Source: a virus (Duplodnaviria > Heunggongvirae > Uroviricota > Caudoviricetes). From it: a DNA stretch of 64,000 bases. How positions within the stretch are numbered: the stretch's first letter is position 1; every line of letters starts with the position of its first letter. Under the pieces are notes generated by a model. The model was not told the origin of the DNA. It saw only the letters and a list, made by a program, of their open reading frames with translations, and did no database searches. The translations under genes and the position numbers were made by a program. The stretch lies in the IMG/VR virus record IMGVR_UViG_3300029746_000001, one strand, 5' to 3'. This document shows, piece by piece, positions 26,306-36,421 of the stretch.

Positions 26306-26590
26306 GTGAGTATAGGTGCTGCCGTTAAAATATTTTATAAGATGAAAAAAGAAGAGATTCAAACTATTTTATACACAATCAAAGAAGGAGACAGTATTAA
26401 AATCAAAGTACAAGACAAAAGTGAAGAGATAAGACTGCGGGATCATGTAAGAAGAGTACAGAAATACGGATACAGGTTTTGTTTGTCTCATTTACATGAT
26501 GGAATTTTCTATCTGGAGAAGTTGAAAGAAGGGGATAAGGATAAATACTATAGAGTAATAAACAGAGGAAATGGAAAGACCGGAGTATAA
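26306..26590 (+). CDS. Hypothetical protein, 94 aa
   Basis: ORF track. Confidence 0.4.
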   Translation: MSIGAAVKIFYKMKKEEIQTILYTIKEGDSIKIKVQDKSEEIRLRDHVRRVQKYGYRFCLSHLHDGIFYLEKLKEGDKDKYYRVINRGNGKTGV

Positions 26591-26864
26591 TAAGCTACGC
26601 AAAATGGCTAAGACTACTCCAGGTCTGATAGTGGACGAGGTGCAAAACATGATGCGTGTATCGCTATACGATAATGGGGAACTTAAGAAGGTGGTAGTAG
26701 TAATGAAATGCGATTCTTTTTTACAGTCAAAAAGTAACATAGAAAAGATAATGTTATTATCATCTTCTATAGAAGATAGAAAAAACAAAGAAAAAAATAA
26801 AACAAAATCAGAAAATGAACAGAATAACAAAAATAAGAGAAGAAATAGGAGGGAAACAGGTTGA
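26571..26864 (+). CDS. Hypothetical protein, 97 aa, with a basic K/N-rich tail
   Basis: ORF track. Confidence 0.35.
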   Translation: MERPEYNKLRKMAKTTPGLIVDEVQNMMRVSLYDNGELKKVVVVMKCDSFLQSKSNIEKIMLLSSSIEDRKNKEKNKTKSENEQNNKNKRRNRRETG

Positions 26865-27198
26865 TTTGACCTTTTACGGGCGCTTTTGCAGCCTTATCGA
26901 AGGTGATAGGAAGATAATACTAAGGGCAATAAAAAACGGTCGTAAAAAAGGCGTAATCGGAGCCATTCAGCCTGGGAGACATGATAGAATTTGGACCACA
27001 TGGTCTATTGCTTTTGATGATCTGAAGGTAGGGGATACGGTAGAGTTCAGTACATCTGGAAAATACAATCCCGGATTTCATTCTACAGAAAAGTATGTAG
27101 GGTGTGTAGAATGGATAAAAGGATCGGAATGTGCGATAAAAACAGGTAAGGGGATGGCAGTAGTATTAATTAAACACATAGAAAGGGTAGTAAAATAA
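26815..27198 (+). CDS. Hypothetical protein, 127 aa
   Basis: ORF track. Confidence 0.4.
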   Translation: MNRITKIREEIGGKQVDLTFYGRFCSLIEGDRKIILRAIKNGRKKGVIGAIQPGRHDRIWTTWSIAFDDLKVGDTVEFSTSGKYNPGFHSTEKYVGCVEWIKGSECAIKTGKGMAVVLIKHIERVVK

Positions 27199-27479
27199 TG
27201 GATTTAAGGATGTTTATAGACCTATTTCAGGAGATTGAGGTAGAAAACTTGTTTAAAGCGTTAGATTTATGTATGGAATATGTAAGATTAGATTTACATG
27301 TGTTTAATGTAGGAGCTCATGTAACGTGTTCATACAGCAATGATCTTGAATCTCTTTCACAGGCAGAAGGTTGTAATGTGAATATGATAATAGAGGTACC
27401 CTACTTATTCGAAGCATTCATGGAATATGCTTCACCGGAAATGAAGTTGTATTATGAAAAACTAACAGAGATAGTATAA
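27198..27479 (+). CDS. Hypothetical protein, 93 aa
   Basis: ORF track. Confidence 0.4.
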   Translation: MDLRMFIDLFQEIEVENLFKALDLCMEYVRLDLHVFNVGAHVTCSYSNDLESLSQAEGCNVNMIIEVPYLFEAFMEYASPEMKLYYEKLTEIV

Positions 27480-27521
27480 TATGAAAGAAGAAGTAGAACG
27501 GATGTAGAACGGATAAAGAAG

Positions 27522-27965
27522 TTGGTAGGCATAGATCATAACAGATGGGAGCAACCTTGTACATGTGATAAATGTAAAAACATGTGTAAAGTTCCTTGTA
27601 TTGGTACGCCAAAAGACATAGAGGCTATCATAGATGCCGGATACGCTGACAGGTTAAAAGAAACAATGTGGATGGTAGGGTATCTTGCAGTGAAAGAAAA
27701 ACCAATAGCGATGATCCAGCCAACAGAGAAAGACGGGTGGTGCGCATTCCGCCAGCCGGGCGGTCTCTGCGAGCTGCATGACCTCGGACTAAAGCCGACT
27801 GAAGGAGTTCTGGCTTCTTGTAAGGTGGTTGAAGAAGACGATATTCCGACATACGAAACATCCGTACTTAGAGCAGTAGCTCACGAGTGGGTTAAGGTGG
27901 AGAACTTTGGAAATGTAATGAAGGTCGTTTTTAAATTTTTGCATGAAAATGAACGTAGAAAATAA
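27522..27965 (+). CDS. Hypothetical Cys-rich protein, 147 aa
   Basis: ORF track; CTCDKCKNMCKVPC. Confidence 0.45.
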   Translation: MVGIDHNRWEQPCTCDKCKNMCKVPCIGTPKDIEAIIDAGYADRLKETMWMVGYLAVKEKPIAMIQPTEKDGWCAFRQPGGLCELHDLGLKPTEGVLASCKVVEEDDIPTYETSVLRAVAHEWVKVENFGNVMKVVFKFLHENERRK

Positions 27966-28353
27966 ATTAAATAAAGTGGTTAAGATCCTAAAAGAAAAAG
28001 GATTCGTAGTATATAGAAAGGGCGGGAAGGAGCCAGGTGTATTTTATGCCAAAGAAGGTGACAGCCGGATAGGATTCGTTTATCCAAACAACGGATATAT
28101 ATACGACAGGATAAAAATGTGGTCTTTTTCAAGGGTATATAAACCACATAAGAAAACAGGGTCTTCGTGTTTAATGTGTGTCAGCGACGAATTTACTATA
28201 GAAAATGCGATTAAGAGCATAGAAGATAGACTGTGGGTAAATTGTATAAAAGACGGTAACAGAAAACGACCAGAAGAATATAAAGATATAAGAGAATTTG
28301 TTGGTAGCTTCACTAAATTCTACAGCTCTGTAGAATTAGTTGAGGTTAAGTAG
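27943..28353 (+). CDS. Hypothetical protein, 136 aa
   Basis: ORF track. Confidence 0.4.
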   Translation: MKMNVENKLNKVVKILKEKGFVVYRKGGKEPGVFYAKEGDSRIGFVYPNNGYIYDRIKMWSFSRVYKPHKKTGSSCLMCVSDEFTIENAIKSIEDRLWVNCIKDGNRKRPEEYKDIREFVGSFTKFYSSVELVEVK

Positions 28354-28370
28354 TTTTCCATGCGAGTTAG

Positions 28371-28682
28371 TTGCCGGCACTGGTCTGCGAAGATAGGTGC
28401 CGTTTTTTTATTCAAGAAAGGAGGACAAAGATGGAGAAAAGAGACAAGAAGATACCTTACGAGGTAGTCATACAGGAAAGAAAAAGAGTGGATTTGTACG
28501 GTAACGTAGTGTATTATATCCATTGGTTTGATAAATATGGGTACAATATCACAAACGAATGGAAATTCTGGAGCAAGGGTCCGAAAAAGAAATACGATAG
28601 AGTTAATCGTTATCTAACGGATAGTTGGTTGAAGGAATACTGTGGGAATAACGATTTAAAGATAAGGAGAATAAAGGAATGA
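28371..28682 (+). CDS. Hypothetical protein, up to 103 aa (the start may be ATG 28431)
   Basis: ORF track. Confidence 0.4.
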   Translation: MPALVCEDRCRFFIQERRTKMEKRDKKIPYEVVIQERKRVDLYGNVVYYIHWFDKYGYNITNEWKFWSKGPKKKYDRVNRYLTDSWLKEYCGNNDLKIRRIKE

Positions 28683-29194
28683 AAAAGATAAAAGTAGACA
28701 AAGTGATATTATATTACATGGATCGGGTAGACCCTGACGGGAACCTATACCGGTTCTATGTATATAAAGACATGGCATCTGAAATAGAATACTTTTGCAC
28801 GGAAGAGACAGGTAATATGACTATACCAATCGGAGAAGGAGAGTATGTCAAGATCGTACCAAAAAAAATAGAGAAAATACCGGTAAGGGGATATAGGAAG
28901 CTTACTGGAATATGGAATCGTGAAACATGTAACGGGAAGGGATGGTATAGGCTTTTTAATTATTTCAAATACAAGCCGACCCTATGTTATTTTAAAAAAG
29001 CGGGACATGATGAAAATGGGAACACAAGATACGAAATATCATTATTTAATAACATTATAAATGTGACAAGGTATTTCAATCTGTGGAGAATGAAGCCAGG
29101 AAAGTCTGTTATGGTAACAAACGAGTGTGGTGCCTTGGATGTTATAAAAGAAAAATTCGATAACATAAATATAGTGGAATATGGATCTGAATGA
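28679..29194 (+). CDS. Hypothetical protein, 171 aa
   Basis: ORF track; ATGA overlap. Confidence 0.45.
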   Translation: MKKIKVDKVILYYMDRVDPDGNLYRFYVYKDMASEIEYFCTEETGNMTIPIGEGEYVKIVPKKIEKIPVRGYRKLTGIWNRETCNGKGWYRLFNYFKYKPTLCYFKKAGHDENGNTRYEISLFNNIINVTRYFNLWRMKPGKSVMVTNECGALDVIKEKFDNINIVEYGSE

Positions 29195-29549
29195 ATTGTA
29201 CAAAGAAATAGAAAAAGCAGAGGTTGATCTGAATGCAAAAAGATTAAAGTACATCAAAGAGGCATTAGTGGAGAACGGTGGAAGTATAAAGCTAAAATTC
29301 AAAGAATTTAAAGAGTTTAAAGAAACTAATGATGCGTTTGACTTCGATGATCAGTTTCCGGTGATAATAGAAATTGCTGGGATTCCTATGTATTTAACGG
29401 AAGTGTATGTCAAAAAAAACGATTTTCGTATAGTTCTGCTGGATTATGATGATATGACTTTAGGTGATTATGATAATACAGGGGAAAATGAACAGGTTGC
29501 TTATTTTATTAACTATTGTTTAAATCAAGACAAAGATGGGAAAGAGTAG
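29181..29549 (+). CDS. Hypothetical protein, 122 aa
   Basis: ORF track. Confidence 0.4.
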   Translation: MDLNELYKEIEKAEVDLNAKRLKYIKEALVENGGSIKLKFKEFKEFKETNDAFDFDDQFPVIIEIAGIPMYLTEVYVKKNDFRIVLLDYDDMTLGDYDNTGENEQVAYFINYCLNQDKDGKE

Positions 29550-29724
29550 AAAAGATTATGAGAAGTTTCTTAACTCCATATCTCCAGATAGAGACGATGA
29601 AACATGGATCATTGGAGGAAAGAACAGGTATTGCGGTAGAGAGAATTACGGCACTATGATCAAAAGGTATGATCCTATTGGTTTTAACGTAGGGTACAGG
29701 GAGTGGGCAGAACAGCCAGGGTAA
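29536..29724 (+). CDS. Hypothetical protein, 62 aa
   Basis: ORF track; followed by the GC-rich inverted repeat cagccagg/cctggctg (29713-29760). Confidence 0.35.
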   Translation: MGKSRKDYEKFLNSISPDRDDETWIIGGKNRYCGRENYGTMIKRYDPIGFNVGYREWAEQPG

Positions 29725-29855
29725 GGTGGAGCCTGCCCTGCCATGAGGTCGGCCTGGCTGTCTGTGGCCAGGGTCGTATATTAGTCAGATAGTGAACAAT
29801 GAAAACGATACAAATATTATGAATTTAGGCAATCATATACCTAAAATAATAGTTT

Positions 29856-30170
29856 ATGACATTCAAAGAATTTATGAAAGAAGTAGGCTATGATCTGATG
29901 ACTACCTTTTGGGAAGATTTCAGCATAGCTGATAAGTATGGTATAGCAGGTGTCAAAGATACCTACAAACGTGCGTTTGATGAATGGAAAGGTAATTATA
30001 AGTTCTTCACAGAATTGGTGATTGTGTTGAATCATAAAATATGGCAACATTATGAAAGCAATCGCAAACTGGCTGCATTGTATGACCGGTTATGGCAAGA
30101 AGCTGATGAGTATGCCATGAACAATTTTAAGGGAGAAGAACTTGATTATTATTACAGAATAACAGATTAG
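29856..30170 (+). CDS. Hypothetical protein, 104 aa
   Basis: ORF track. Confidence 0.4.
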   Translation: MTFKEFMKEVGYDLMTTFWEDFSIADKYGIAGVKDTYKRAFDEWKGNYKFFTELVIVLNHKIWQHYESNRKLAALYDRLWQEADEYAMNNFKGEELDYYYRITD

Positions 30171-30173
30171 AAA

Positions 30174-30632
30174 GTGATTATGAAAAATACGATAGTAACA
30201 GGTAGCCTGATTGTATTCAGTGACGGATTTGTTTGGAAAAGATTGTCCAACGAAAAAGCCTACAAGATATGGGTGTCGGCAGAAAATGAAGATTTTGAGT
30301 TATACAAGGTGAGAGTAGATGATGAGTCCGAGTCATTGATAGAAAGTTTGGAAGATTTACAGGATGCCTTTAAACAGGGTCATTATGTATGTATAGAAGC
30401 AGGTAAGCTACCATATAGCATAGGTTTGAATTACTTACGAAATCTACAAGAGTTATCGGTGGAAGCTGTGGATTATCTATCAGGACTAAAAGAATGTAGC
30501 AGGGAAGAGGCATTTAACATCATTCAAAAGTGGGCTAAAGAGTTTACGGAAAAATATGAAAATTATGATTTTAATGGTTCATACTATGATGTAATAGATG
30601 CATTTATTGATGAGAAGTTAAAAACTATTTAA
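30174..30632 (+). CDS. Hypothetical protein, 152 aa
   Basis: ORF track. Confidence 0.4.
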   Translation: MIMKNTIVTGSLIVFSDGFVWKRLSNEKAYKIWVSAENEDFELYKVRVDDESESLIESLEDLQDAFKQGHYVCIEAGKLPYSIGLNYLRNLQELSVEAVDYLSGLKECSREEAFNIIQKWAKEFTEKYENYDFNGSYYDVIDAFIDEKLKTI

Positions 30633-30739
30633 AATACAAAGACATGGAAGACAGACTTATTACAACAAAAGAAGTAGGGAATTATCGTATAAAAATATAC
30701 TACGATACCGACAGCGTATGTCCTTGCGAAAGTTAGGAT

Positions 30740-31486
30740 ATGGCAGCATGTTTCTTATGGGAATATAGCGATTCATCCCGACTGCAATATGTGTGCGATT
30801 GGAGAGAAGTATTTGGTAAATACGGAGATAGTCGACACTCGCTTATAGATGCGCTACATAAACTTATTAGTGAATATGTTGAATGGAAAGACTTGCTGAA
30901 TTATTTTAAGAAAGGCAAGATTGACGGTTATCGAATGAGATATGATAACCATGATAAAATGTGGTATTTAGAATGGTATGACAATTACCAATACACTGAA
31001 CATAAGGGGTATAAGGAAATTATTAGTATTTCTCCATCAGATCTTTACACGTATAATTATACGTATGAATTTATAGAAGACTTGGAACGAGAAGAATTGA
31101 TTCAGATTCTTTCAGACTTAGGTAAGGATATATTTGTCAAAGAATGGTCCACAAGAGGATATTGCCAAGGAGATTATATTGAAGGTATAGCTTTTTGTAC
31201 AAAGGAGAGGTACATAAAAATGGTTAGTAATAATACTTCCGACTGGAAAACCCAAATTGATAAATTGATTGATGATGAAGTGAAATCCATAGGTATGTGG
31301 ATGTGGGGAGATATAAAGGAGTATGTGCTTGAAAAGAAAGTGAAATTTGTCAAGAAATACGAAGATGAATCCAGGGAGGATGAAGAGGGAGAAGAATGGG
31401 AAGAGGTTGATTCCTGTTGGGGTTATTATATGGAAACAGACGAATTGATAGAAGAAATAATGAAAGAACATAACCTGAAAGAATAA
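30740..31486 (+). CDS. Hypothetical protein, 248 aa, with an acidic C-terminus
   Basis: ORF track. Confidence 0.45.
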   Translation: MAACFLWEYSDSSRLQYVCDWREVFGKYGDSRHSLIDALHKLISEYVEWKDLLNYFKKGKIDGYRMRYDNHDKMWYLEWYDNYQYTEHKGYKEIISISPSDLYTYNYTYEFIEDLEREELIQILSDLGKDIFVKEWSTRGYCQGDYIEGIAFCTKERYIKMVSNNTSDWKTQIDKLIDDEVKSIGMWMWGDIKEYVLEKKVKFVKKYEDESREDEEGEEWEEVDSCWGYYMETDELIEEIMKEHNLKE

Positions 31487-31699
31487 GGAGATGGGGAGAT
31501 CACGAGGGTGTATTATCAGAAAGAACACCAAAGAATTACAAATAATACTGATTCAGGTCAATGGCTGATAGTGACGGACGCCATAGGAGACAGGTGGGGT
31601 AAAGTGCGAAGAGCTCCGGTTCAGGGGAGACGCAAGCTGCATCACATGGCGTAAGGCTACAGTAGATGAAATTATTCAACATTTAAAAAAAAGATAATT

Positions 31700-32113
31700 A
31701 TGGGATATATATGTACAAGATGTGGTGGAACAAAGGTTGTTTGTGAAGCCATAGTAAATCCGAATACCAGAGAAATAATAGATTATTTTGATGAATCTTT
31801 CGAGCATGCTATTTGCGGGGATTGTGAAAACGAGGTAATAATATCTAACGTTGAAGAAGTTAAACATGAAATTGATTTAAGATTTCATGAATTTGTAGAA
31901 AAAACAGGTAAGGAGCCTGAATACGTAGAATGTCAGATTGTACGGAAAAAGACAGGAAATGAACAAAGAAAGACAATAAAACTATCATTGAGCATCAACG
32001 ATGATGATAATGATGATGTTTTTTGTTATTGCAATGGGATAGAATCGTTTAAGCAACTTGCTGAATACGGGATGGGAGAATTTATCGTAACAGGTTGTTG
32101 GAATTTCTTTTAA
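31700..32113 (+). CDS. Zinc-ribbon protein, 137 aa
   Basis: CTRCGG...CGDCEN, consistent with a treble-clef-like fold. Confidence 0.45.
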   Translation: MGYICTRCGGTKVVCEAIVNPNTREIIDYFDESFEHAICGDCENEVIISNVEEVKHEIDLRFHEFVEKTGKEPEYVECQIVRKKTGNEQRKTIKLSLSINDDDNDDVFCYCNGIESFKQLAEYGMGEFIVTGCWNFF

Positions 32114-32150
32114 GAAACATATGTAGTTATCATTTTTAATAACATATCTT

Positions 32151-32543
32151 ATGAAAACACAAGAAGAATATGCCCGTGAGATTGAAGGAATTATTCTCCG
32201 GGATGTAGAGAGCTGCCAGGGTGATTGGTTTAATATCGATAAAGAGATATTCATGCAGCCAGAGAATGAGAACAAGGTATTTATTTTGGGAACCCGGAAG
32301 ACCGGATGTGATTTAATAATACTGGGTGGCACTAATTGTGATGAAGGTAGTATGGATTGGCTTTTTGGGAGTCTTGGCAATGAAAACTTCTATGTATGCC
32401 AGCCAGTATCTTTCTATAAATCACAACGAGAAATCCAGAAAGTAAATCCGCTTTATGCTTTCAAGGTGGCCACTGCTTATTTTAGAGAACAAGGGAAGGT
32501 TCCGGTATTTGAAGATAGTAACTGTAGATTAATAAAACTATGA
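32151..32543 (+). CDS. Hypothetical protein, 130 aa
   Basis: ORF track. Confidence 0.4.
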   Translation: MKTQEEYAREIEGIILRDVESCQGDWFNIDKEIFMQPENENKVFILGTRKTGCDLIILGGTNCDEGSMDWLFGSLGNENFYVCQPVSFYKSQREIQKVNPLYAFKVATAYFREQGKVPVFEDSNCRLIKL

Positions 32544-32947
32544 GCATAAAAGTAATAAGATACAGGTTGCTATCTTATTGGGCTTGTCCGTTAATCAATG
32601 ATGATTACACTGGATTAACGGATGAAGAATGTGAGGAAATTTATAAAATACAAGATATGGAAAGATTGAATTTTGAAACATTGTTTCGTATCGTAAGATG
32701 GGATTACAACCGTTGCTTTAAGGATGAATCACTGGACAAGGATTTGTTCGTAGAAAAATACGGACGGGTAATGGGTGAACATTATTATAACAAGTTTGTC
32801 CATGAATTTGACGGAAATATCCTGAAGATGGTTGGTTACTTCAGAGGTTCCGAAAAAGAGGGGCAAGTCTTCTGCGATATGATAACCGAACGCATTGAAA
32901 AATATGAACAAAGAGAATCATATAATAGAAGCAAGTTAAACAATTAA
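32540..32947 (+). CDS. Hypothetical protein, 135 aa
   Basis: ORF track. Confidence 0.4.
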   Translation: MSIKVIRYRLLSYWACPLINDDYTGLTDEECEEIYKIQDMERLNFETLFRIVRWDYNRCFKDESLDKDLFVEKYGRVMGEHYYNKFVHEFDGNILKMVGYFRGSEKEGQVFCDMITERIEKYEQRESYNRSKLNN

Positions 32948-32959
32948 AAACATACTTAT

Positions 32960-34024
32960 ATGAACAATTCAATGGTCGCTCACTTATGGGCAAACGAAAA
33001 GCAAGAATCAGCGCATGGTAGGAACTTCTATTTTGAAGGTGAAAGTATTTATTCCTATGGAAGACATTTTGAGGTCGGAAGAATCGTGCGAAACAAGCGT
33101 GGAGAAAAGGCGTATTTGATTAATGATACATACTATTTTTCTACTACAAGCAAGCATCAATATTATGTTCGTGAAGCAATACCAACTGGTTCAAAGGTGT
33201 TCTATGTTGAATGTGATATGTCATATTGTATCGGTAACATGCTCTTTGTTACCAATATGTTGGAATCCATTAAAGACGCTATTGAAAAATACAAAAAAGC
33301 AAGAACCGAATTGTCCTATCGAGATATTTGGGAAACGTTTAAAAATCTGATGGATTATATTGAGTTCTTCGATATGGGGACTCCCCGGCGTCTTCTTAAA
33401 AAGAGCGCAAACGAATGGCTTGGAACTAACCATAAATTATCACGGAAATCAGATAAGATTAAACGTGAGTATGTCCGTGAATTGAAACACATTTTCCAGA
33501 TATTGTTGAATCATCAAGCACTGGAAGTCCTTGGAACCGTTAATGTGATTGTAGATGAAGTTTGCGGGGAAGGTACATGGATTAAGTATTCAGAAAGATC
33601 TGAAAGATGGAGAAAGGGTGAGGAAGAAAGAGAAAGAATAAAATTAGAGAGATTAAGAAAGGAAGAAGAAGCCCGTTACAAGGATTTTGATGAAAAACTG
33701 GAAGAGTGGAAGTCAGGAGAAATAAATTTCTTGAATACACCTTTCTATATTCCTGGTGAAAAACCTAACGCCTGGATCCGTATAAAAGGAAATATTATTG
33801 AGACAAGTAAACAGATAAAGATTGGAGTAGCAGAAGCCAGAAAACTGTGGCGGGCTGTGTCGGCAATGCACCAGGGCGCCGAGTTTCGGCACTGTCTGGT
33901 GGAGGACGTCACCGGTCACCAGTGGAGTCTAAATCGGTACGAAAACGATTTGCTAACCGCTGGATGTCATAGGATAGCATATGACGAAATGGAGAGAATA
34001 GCAAAACAACTGGGATGGGTTTAA
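32960..34024 (+). CDS. Hypothetical protein, 354 aa
   Basis: ORF track; no motif recognised; contains a GC-rich patch at 33835-33925. Confidence 0.5.
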   Translation: MNNSMVAHLWANEKQESAHGRNFYFEGESIYSYGRHFEVGRIVRNKRGEKAYLINDTYYFSTTSKHQYYVREAIPTGSKVFYVECDMSYCIGNMLFVTNMLESIKDAIEKYKKARTELSYRDIWETFKNLMDYIEFFDMGTPRRLLKKSANEWLGTNHKLSRKSDKIKREYVRELKHIFQILLNHQALEVLGTVNVIVDEVCGEGTWIKYSERSERWRKGEEERERIKLERLRKEEEARYKDFDEKLEEWKSGEINFLNTPFYIPGEKPNAWIRIKGNIIETSKQIKIGVAEARKLWRAVSAMHQGAEFRHCLVEDVTGHQWSLNRYENDLLTAGCHRIAYDEMERIAKQLGWV

Positions 34025-34066
34025 GTAACTCATCTTATTTCATAACAACTAAAAAATAAGAAAAAT

Positions 34067-34810
34067 ATGGAAAATTCAATTATTGTTCCGTTTGATTTAA
34101 ATACGGCGAGAAAAATTAAAAGCGGAGAAATAGAAGGTTCAGTATTAATTGGTAATATTGAAATAGAATTTGTATATGAGTCGAAAAACTGTGCAGGTCC
34201 TTATAATTTACTTTTTGTAAAAAAAGATGAATCTGGGATAAGTGCTATATATGCCGATACAGAAGGTCGTACTTTTTTCAACAACGATCTGGAATTGGAA
34301 GTAGAGGCTGGAGCGTATTTCAAGAAAGGAGATATATTAATAAGCACGCTTGGGAACCCATTTATATATAATGGTATTATTAATAGAGAAGGAGATATGG
34401 GATGCATATATGGTATATCGGCATATGGCGAGATTATATCTGAAGAAGTTCCAATATGGACAAGTGTGTGTAGTGAGGATAAATCCAAGTATGTTAGATT
34501 AGCCACAGAGGAAGAGAAAAAATCTTTTGCTGAAAGAATTGCTAATACAGAAAACCTTAAAAAAGCAGGAATAATAAAACAATATCTAAGTAAGTACGAA
34601 TATTTACTTGACGGACAAAAGAAATACGATTTTAAGCCATTCGATCAAGTCTTGGTGAGAGCGAGCAATTTGGGAAATTGGAATCTACACTTATTTGCCA
34701 GAGTAAGAGAAGAAGAATATAAATATGAATGCTTGGGAGGTTTGAGATACAAAGAGTGTATCCCATACCAAGGAAATGAGCATCTTTTAGGAACTAATAA
34801 AAGCAAATAA
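34067..34810 (+). CDS. Hypothetical protein, 247 aa; tandem paralog of the next gene
   Basis: Shared N-terminus (IVPFDLNTARKIKSGEI versus IPFDLETAKKINIGEI) and C-terminus (KYDFKPFDQVLVR...HLLGTN versus KYDFKPFDKVLVR...CLLGTT). Confidence 0.5.
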   Translation: MENSIIVPFDLNTARKIKSGEIEGSVLIGNIEIEFVYESKNCAGPYNLLFVKKDESGISAIYADTEGRTFFNNDLELEVEAGAYFKKGDILISTLGNPFIYNGIINREGDMGCIYGISAYGEIISEEVPIWTSVCSEDKSKYVRLATEEEKKSFAERIANTENLKKAGIIKQYLSKYEYLLDGQKKYDFKPFDQVLVRASNLGNWNLHLFARVREEEYKYECLGGLRYKECIPYQGNEHLLGTNKSK

Positions 34811-34814
34811 GATC

Positions 34815-36023
34815 ATGGAACAGAGAACAGCAACAATTCCGTTTGATTTAGAAACGGCGAAAAAAATAAACATAGGGGAAATAGCAGGTCGTATTGTGAC
34901 AGAGAAAGGACAAAATAGAGCAGAAATCGTATATGAAGACAATTCGTCAAATTGTCCGTTATTGGTTGTAATTCATTCGATTTCTGTATCGGCAGACTGG
35001 TTTTCTGCTACAGGAAAAGCACTTAGTAGCGCAAATCGACTCCTTCTTGAAGTTCCAGAATATACTACGTTTAAAGATGGAGAGGTGTTAAGTAATAAAG
35101 ATGGTAGCTATATCTTTATTTTAAATACACATGGGAAATATTTAACGTCTTTTTATGCCTCTTTAAATCAAAAAGGTATTCTTAAAATAGAAGATGGTTT
35201 ATCTGCTTGGGAAAATAAGATAGAAAAATACAGATTTGCCACTGAATCCGAAAGACAAAAGTTGGTTGACGCATTAAAGGCAAGCAAAGAACCTGAAGCT
35301 AAAGAGTATCTGAAACGCTTCTTTGGGATTGAAGAAAAGCTGAAATATGATTTTAAGCCGTTTGACAAAGTGCTGGTAAGAAAAGAAGGAAATAAAAAAT
35401 GGAATATCAGTTTGTTTGCAAGGGAAATTGTGGACGATTATAATGGATTGCCTTATAAGTACGAATGTTCCAATGGAACATTATGGGATTATTGTATTCA
35501 TTTTGAGGGTAATGAATGTCTTTTAGGAACTACTGAAAATCCAGAAAAAATGAAAATGGTAAAATTATCTGATTTTTATCCTTATGACAGAAACAAAGGA
35601 GGGATACAGGAATTGCATCATAAAATTGAGTCCAAAACACTTCAGTATTGGGGTGAAGATAGTGGTATTCTGATCGGCATCACTCCGATATATAAGAGAC
35701 GTTTGTGGAGCGAAAAAGTGAAAGTTGTAAATGATAAAATGACAAATATGAAAACAAGAACATACGAAGGGGTGCAGCACGGAGACTGGGTAAGATGTGT
35801 CTCATGTGGGGCGCAAATGCTTCTTCCGTGTGGGGCAGATAAATGCCCGGAATGTGGAGAAAATGGTACTTTAAGGTGGGTCGACGAAGAGAAGCAGGAG
35901 ATGGATGCTAAAGATTTGGATTGCTTAGGTTATGTAAGAGAGTTGAGGATAGATGATTATTTATCTCCAACAACATTAGAAGAGATCGCGGAAGAAATAA
36001 AGAAAAAAGTAAATAGAGGATAA
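34815..36023 (+). CDS. Hypothetical protein, 402 aa; paralog of 34067 with an extra C-terminal zinc ribbon (CVSCGAQMLLPCGADKCPECGENG)
   Basis: As above. Confidence 0.5.
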   Translation: MEQRTATIPFDLETAKKINIGEIAGRIVTEKGQNRAEIVYEDNSSNCPLLVVIHSISVSADWFSATGKALSSANRLLLEVPEYTTFKDGEVLSNKDGSYIFILNTHGKYLTSFYASLNQKGILKIEDGLSAWENKIEKYRFATESERQKLVDALKASKEPEAKEYLKRFFGIEEKLKYDFKPFDKVLVRKEGNKKWNISLFAREIVDDYNGLPYKYECSNGTLWDYCIHFEGNECLLGTTENPEKMKMVKLSDFYPYDRNKGGIQELHHKIESKTLQYWGEDSGILIGITPIYKRRLWSEKVKVVNDKMTNMKTRTYEGVQHGDWVRCVSCGAQMLLPCGADKCPECGENGTLRWVDEEKQEMDAKDLDCLGYVRELRIDDYLSPTTLEEIAEEIKKKVNRG

Positions 36024-36148
36024 CTCTAATGAGAAAATTATTAAAGATAAAATTTATTCAAAAATGTGCATGCGGGGCGATCACTATCAGATTTGATAAT
36101 GACCGCTGAATTAAGTAACATAGCTAAAAATTGTAAAATATAGAAAAT

Positions 36149-36403
36149 ATGTATGAGAATATTTTAAGCAACATGTTAGGATGTCAGACATATTGTATAT
36201 CAGACAGTCCTTCAAATAGGTACTGTTTTATTGGACCTATTGAGTGCAATGAGAAGTTAATAGAAGTGTTTAAGAAGGGGATAACAGTAAAACTCAAATA
36301 CGTGGAAAAACGGGTCCTGGATACATTTACGGACAACGGAATCGACCTGAGTAATTACACTCATTGTATTATCGTAAAGCGGAATTTTTATCTCGCTTGG
36401 TAA
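36149..36403 (+). CDS. Hypothetical protein, 84 aa
   Basis: ORF track. Confidence 0.35.
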   Translation: MYENILSNMLGCQTYCISDSPSNRYCFIGPIECNEKLIEVFKKGITVKLKYVEKRVLDTFTDNGIDLSNYTHCIIVKRNFYLAW

Positions 36404-36421
36404 TAGTAAAATACAAACAAT

